Source: a virus
Virus record (IMG/VR): IMGVR_UViG_3300016667_000284
Coordinates: 1 to 47,081 of that record
Length of the DNA: 47,081 nucleotides
Strand: one strand, 5' to 3'
Shown: in pieces, positions 44,066 through 47,081 of the stretch
Position numbering within the stretch: position 1 is the stretch's first letter
How the letters are laid out: each line of letters opens with the position of its first letter
Notes under the pieces: generated by a model
Databases searched by the model: none
Told to the model about the DNA's origin: nothing
Seen by the model: only the letters and a program-made list of their open reading frames with translations
Position numbers and translations under genes: made by a program

Positions 44066-44337
44066 CAGGCTTCGTCCTCGTCCTTCGGGCCGATCACGAA
44101 GTTCGCAATCTCCGTCGCGTATTCGATCAGGTTCGCGGTCGGCAGGAACTGGCTGCTGTGGTGATTGAGCGTCATGGCAATGGCGCGCTCTCGGATGTCC
44201 TGCTCGCGCCGGATCTGCTCGTCCTTCTGCCAGTCGAACTCGTCGCCGATGACCTTCAGTTCAGTCATCTTGAGTGCCGACGGATCGGCCTGCATCTTCA
44301 CCTGCTCGAACCCCTCGAATGTCTGCTGTTCTTCCAT
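44065..44337 (-). CDS. hypothetical acidic protein (90 aa)
   Basis: ATG start. Its stop overlaps the AAA_24 start. Confidence 0.5.
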   Translation of the reverse strand: MEEQQTFEGFEQVKMQADPSALKMTELKVIGDEFDWQKDEQIRREQDIRERAIAMTLNHHSSQFLPTANLIEYATEIANFVIGPKDEDEA

Positions 44338-44338
44338 G

Positions 44339-44500
44339 TCACCTGGCTCCTTCTTCCGGCACCGTGCCGGTCGTGATGAACTCCGCGAAGATCTTGGCGC
44401 GCCGCGCCATCCCCACGGCGCCGTCGAGGTACTTCCCCCGCACGGCCAACTTCAGTGCTTCGATGCGAACCGCCTCGCTCGGCGTAATCCCCTTCGTCAC
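44339..44500 (-). CDS. small hypothetical protein (53 aa)
   Basis: GTG start with a GGAGGA RBS and a GTGA overlap. (M)TKGITPSEAVRIEALKLAVRGKYLDGAVGMARRAKIFAEFITTGTVPEEGAR. Confidence 0.4.
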   Translation of the reverse strand: MTKGITPSEAVRIEALKLAVRGKYLDGAVGMARRAKIFAEFITTGTVPEEGAR

Positions 44501-44679
44501 AGTTTCCTCCCATACAGTCGCAGGGCCTGCTCCGCCTGTTCGACGGTGATGCCCATGTGGCTGGCGACGCGCTCAACCGGGACCGACGTGCCTGCGTAGT
44601 ACTTCGCCAGTTCGTTCATCTTGGCGTTGTACTCGCGCTGCTCGCGCTGCCGCTTGAGGACCGTTTCCAGCCGCGCCAC
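44497..44679 (-). CDS. small hypothetical protein (60 aa)
   Basis: GTG start with an AAGGAGG RBS. Confidence 0.45.
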   Translation of the reverse strand: MARLETVLKRQREQREYNAKMNELAKYYAGTSVPVERVASHMGITVEQAEQALRLYGRKL

Positions 44680-45126
44680 CTACGCCTCCTTGAGCAGCGT
44701 CACCTTCGGTGCGCCGAACTTGGTGGTGCGCGCATCCTTCAGGCGCTCTGCGAGCGCCGGGTTGGCGTGCTGGATGCCCTCCCAATTCTTCTCCGGGATC
44801 GAGATGGCGAACTTCATCAGGCTCCGCGCCTGATCCATCGGCAGCGACATGGCGACGGCGAACAGCTTGTCGCTGTCCCACTCCACCTTCTTGTCGACGA
44901 CGCACTTGGCGACGATGCCGTCCTGGCAGGGCAGGTTGACCGTGCCGTACTGCTTGCCGAGTTCGGCAAGGCTGTTGACCGCCGACTGGCCGATGCGCGT
45001 GTTGATTTCGAGCTGGATGTTGTCAGCCCATGCCTTGCACGCATCCAGCTCCGACTTCGCCTCCTGCTGGATCGCGTAGAGCGTCGAGATCGGCATCCCC
45101 CGGAGATCGGGTTTCATTTCTTCCAT
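44680..45126 (-). CDS. hypothetical early protein (possibly Gp157-like)
   Basis: 148 aa, first sizeable gene after cro-like, upstream of the Sak4 module. Confidence 0.5.
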   Translation of the reverse strand: MEEMKPDLRGMPISTLYAIQQEAKSELDACKAWADNIQLEINTRIGQSAVNSLAELGKQYGTVNLPCQDGIVAKCVVDKKVEWDSDKLFAVAMSLPMDQARSLMKFAISIPEKNWEGIQHANPALAERLKDARTTKFGAPKVTLLKEA

Positions 45127-45139
45127 GGTTGTTGGCTCC

Positions 45140-45370
45140 CTACTGGTACTTCGTGAGGTCTATATCGCGGCCGCGCTTGCTCGCGCTGGCGGCGATCTTC
45201 ATCAGCCAGGGGGTCGGAACGTTGGAGCGCTCGAACCACTTCTTGACCGTCGGCACTTTGACCGCGTGTCCGTCTGCTTCGAGCATTTCTGCGATAGCGC
45301 GCTGCTTCGCGCGCCCGCTTTCCCCCATTGCCATCCCCGTGGCGTCTGCAAAGAGTTTGTCGAGTTTCAT
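45140..45370 (-). CDS. Cro-like small DNA-binding protein
   Basis: ATG 45370 (MKLDKLFADATG...VPTVKKWFERSNVPTPWLMKIA...), 76 aa. Divergent from the repressor gene. Confidence 0.6.
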   Translation of the reverse strand: MKLDKLFADATGMAMGESGRAKQRAIAEMLEADGHAVKVPTVKKWFERSNVPTPWLMKIAASASKRGRDIDLTKYQ

Positions 45371-45530
45371 GGCTCCCGTCGATTGTTGTGGCCGACAAGG
45401 ACGGTTGATGGCGACAATCTGTCTGCTCGTCAATGGCGAAAAATTGTAGCCGAAAAGAAAAGCACTACGTTGACAGGTGTGGCCACGAGTGACATATTGT
45501 AGCCATAACGAGCAGACAACGGAGACAACC
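45371..45530. promoter_or_regulatory. immunity switch region with divergent promoters and operator-like repeats
   Basis: Plus-strand TTGACA (45470-45475), 17 nt, CATATT (45493-45498). ATTGTAGCC x2 (45443-45451, 45496-45504). Palindromes GTGGCCAC (45479-45486) and TTGTggccgACAA (45386-45398). Confidence 0.6.
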
Positions 45531-45959
45531 ATGGTGAGGAAGGCGAGGGCGGTCATGTCGCCCGTTGACACGACAACGCCGCAGTTGACGCCCCGTGCGC
45601 TCACGCGGCAGGAGTTTGGTCGCAGGGTGGCCACCCTGCTTCTGGATAAGGGCTGGAACCAGTCAGACCTGGCGCGCGCCGCCGATCTTGGCCGAGACAG
45701 CATCTCGACCTACGTGAACGGGAAGGTCTTCCCGACGCCGAAGGCGTTGAAGGCGATTGCCGAAGCGCTGGGGGTGACGAAGGAAGAACTACTGCCGAAC
45801 TACACGATGTCCGCGCTGGATGATGAACACCCTGCCGTGGAGCTGAAGCAGGCGTCAGGCCATCCCGGCAAGGCGTGGCTGCGGATCAACCGCGCCATGT
45901 CCTTCACCACGGCGGCCAAGATCATCGAGTTGATCAACAAGGAGGATCAGGAGCATTGA
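45531..45959 (+). CDS. CI-like XRE-family HTH repressor without an S24 peptidase domain
   Basis: GGAGA RBS. LTRQEFGRRVATLLLDKGWNQSDLARAADLGRDSISTYVNGKVFP HTH. Only 142 aa. Confidence 0.8.
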   Translation: MVRKARAVMSPVDTTTPQLTPRALTRQEFGRRVATLLLDKGWNQSDLARAADLGRDSISTYVNGKVFPTPKALKAIAEALGVTKEELLPNYTMSALDDEHPAVELKQASGHPGKAWLRINRAMSFTTAAKIIELINKEDQEH

Positions 45960-46249
45960 TGCTGGTCACGCAGCGGGAGGCCGCTGCTATGTTGAGGGTG
46001 TCGGTCAAGACGATCGAGAGAATGCGCAAGGCCGGGGCGCTGCCCTACATTCCCGGCCGTCCAGTGCGGCTGCGCCGCACGGACGTTGAGCAGGCAATCG
46101 AGAGGGGGATAATATGCCACGCAAGAACCGGGGACCGTTCCTCGATGTCAGCCGATCCGGCGTCTACGAGATCCGGTTTACGGTTGCAGGAAGATCGCGA
46201 AGCCGCTCTACGGGCACGCGCGATTTTCAACTCGCTCAGAAAATCCTAG
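45959..46249 (+). CDS. xis: excisionase-type HTH (HTH_17-like) protein
   Basis: TGATG coupling to the repressor. LVTQREAAAMLRVSVKTIERMRKAGALPYIPGRPVRLRRTDVEQAI. Its 3' end overlaps int by 136 nt. Confidence 0.6.
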   Translation: MLVTQREAAAMLRVSVKTIERMRKAGALPYIPGRPVRLRRTDVEQAIERGIICHARTGDRSSMSADPASTRSGLRLQEDREAALRARAIFNSLRKS

Positions 46250-47081
46250 CGAACTTCATCCTGCTCGGAGAGCAGGAGAACGCCATGCTGGCAGCGGCGG
46301 AGCCGCCTCCCATGCTGGTCATGGACGCGCTAGGCGACCCGGAGGAAGGAAGTGAGCCTACCAAGTCTTACTGGCACGAGCATGTGCTGCGGAGCGTCGT
46401 CGGTGTCGACACCCAGCGGTACGCGGTGCGCAAGCTGCGACAGCATTTTGGTGCCCTCGCGGTACGGGACATCCGGCCTGCTGGTGTTGCGGCCTATGTT
46501 GAAGCGCGCCGAGCTGGCCGAATTGGTCGACCGTCTGTTGACGGAACCATCGCCCGAGAACTGTCAGTCCTGAATGCCGCCATCCAGCATCAGGTGCGCG
46601 CGAAGCGGATCAAGGCGGATGATGCCCCTGTGATCGAACTGCCGGCACCGAGCGAGCCGAAGGATCGCTGGCTGACGCATGAGGAAGCTGACCGGCTGCT
46701 GGCTGCGGCGCTTGGCAGCGCCCCGGCACGCCTGCCGCGTGTGTACAAGTTCATCGTCCTCGCGCTGGCCACGGCCAGCCGAAAGACGGCTTTGCTGGAA
46801 CTGAAGCGCGAGCAGGTGGACCTGAAGCAGCGGACGATCAAGCTAAACCCGCACGGCCGTCGCCAGACGAAGAAGCGGCGCCCACTGGTGCCGATATCGG
46901 ACGACCTGCTGCCGATCATGGAGCGGATCGTGAAGGAGGCGCGCGGCGAGTTCCTGCTGGACCATCCCGGCTCCATCCGGTCGGTGTTCGACAGGGTGTG
47001 CCGCGATGCCGAGCTGGACGACGTGACGCCGCATACGCTGCGCCACACGAGCGCGTCCTGGATGCTTCAGGAGGGTGTGCC
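46114..47081 (+). CDS. int: tyrosine integrase, N-terminal 322 codons (runs off the window end; continues at 1..149)
   Basis: MPRKNRGPFLDVSRSGVYEIRF... arm-binding-type N-terminus, ...TPHTLRHTSASWMLQEGVP. No stop before the window end. Confidence 0.9.
   Translation, partial: MPRKNRGPFLDVSRSGVYEIRFTVAGRSRSRSTGTRDFQLAQKILANFILLGEQENAMLAAAEPPPMLVMDALGDPEEGSEPTKSYWHEHVLRSVVGVDTQRYAVRKLRQHFGALAVRDIRPAGVAAYVEARRAGRIGRPSVDGTIARELSVLNAAIQHQVRAKRIKADDAPVIELPAPSEPKDRWLTHEEADRLLAAALGSAPARLPRVYKFIVLALATASRKTALLELKREQVDLKQRTIKLNPHGRRQTKKRRPLVPISDDLLPIMERIVKEARGEFLLDHPGSIRSVFDRVCRDAELDDVTPHTLRHTSASWMLQEGV
47060..47081. repeat. terminal overlap, identical to 1..22
   Basis: Exact 22-nt identity with the window start. 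Confidence 0.95.

Noticed and set aside
45140-45703. Long N-terminal extensions of track ORFs. Examples are 45140-45703, 38612-39187, 36238-36732, 36951-37397, 37253-37684, 33801-34238, 16753-18480, 23581-24450 and 20978-23611.
   Set aside because: The extensions are Arg/Pro-rich and overlap the upstream gene or the divergent promoter. Internal ATGs with an RBS or ATGA/GTGA coupling give compact, plausible genes.
1-47081. Search for a DGR, retron, CRISPR array, restriction-modification or toxin-antitoxin system.
   Set aside because: No reverse-transcriptase-like ORF (no YxDD-type motif seen), no spaced direct-repeat array, no methyltransferase or nuclease pair, and no recognisable toxin fold. 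Small coupled ORF pairs exist, but nothing beyond adjacency supports a TA call.

Overview
The window is a complete, self-closing temperate phage genome with high GC content. The first 22 nt equal the last 22 nt, and joining them restores a single tyrosine-integrase ORF, giving a unique length of about 47,059 bp. No host flanks or attL/attR are visible. Modules follow, in coordinate order.

- **1-450:** the integrase 3' end and a tRNA-Val(GAC)-like gene.
- **456-1370, minus strand:** a lysis cassette with an M15 endolysin, a small holin-like protein and overlapping i-/o-spanin candidates.
- **1.5-18.4 kb, minus strand:** a podovirus (T7-like order) morphogenesis block. In transcription order it encodes TerL, portal, scaffold, major capsid, decoration-like protein, adaptor/nozzle candidates, a GNAT/gp13-like protein, and internal virion (ejection) proteins, one carrying an M15A-type peptidase domain.
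- **18.4-27.0 kb, minus strand:** a receptor-binding cluster. It holds two beta-helix tailspikes, a fibre, a LamG protein, a GTA-type spike-base homologue and a Dps-like protein.
- **27.0-27.9 kb:** a structured 0.4-kb non-coding region with a strong terminator, followed by TerS (27412-27876). TerS is therefore physically uncoupled from TerL.
- **27988-30232, plus strand:** a cassette of nine small ORFan genes on the opposite strand, ending at a bidirectional terminator.
- **30.3-45.4 kb, minus strand:** RusA, an iteron-like origin candidate, a primase-polymerase/helicase, many small early ORFs, a Cas4-like nuclease, a DUF3310 protein, an SF2 helicase interrupted by a LAGLIDADG intein, a DUF669 SSB-like protein, a Sak4/AAA_24 ATPase and a Cro-like protein.
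- **45.4-47.1 kb, plus strand:** the immunity switch, a CI-like repressor, an Xis-like HTH protein and the integrase.

I found no reverse transcriptase, CRISPR array, DGR or recognisable defence system. The most interesting unexplained signals are RNA- and DNA-level. They are a promoter-plus-terminator pair antisense to the primase leader, a C-rich terminator-bounded RNA candidate downstream of TerS, recurring intergenic motifs, and the ORFan cassette. All functional calls rest on motif recognition by eye and gene order. No database search was run.
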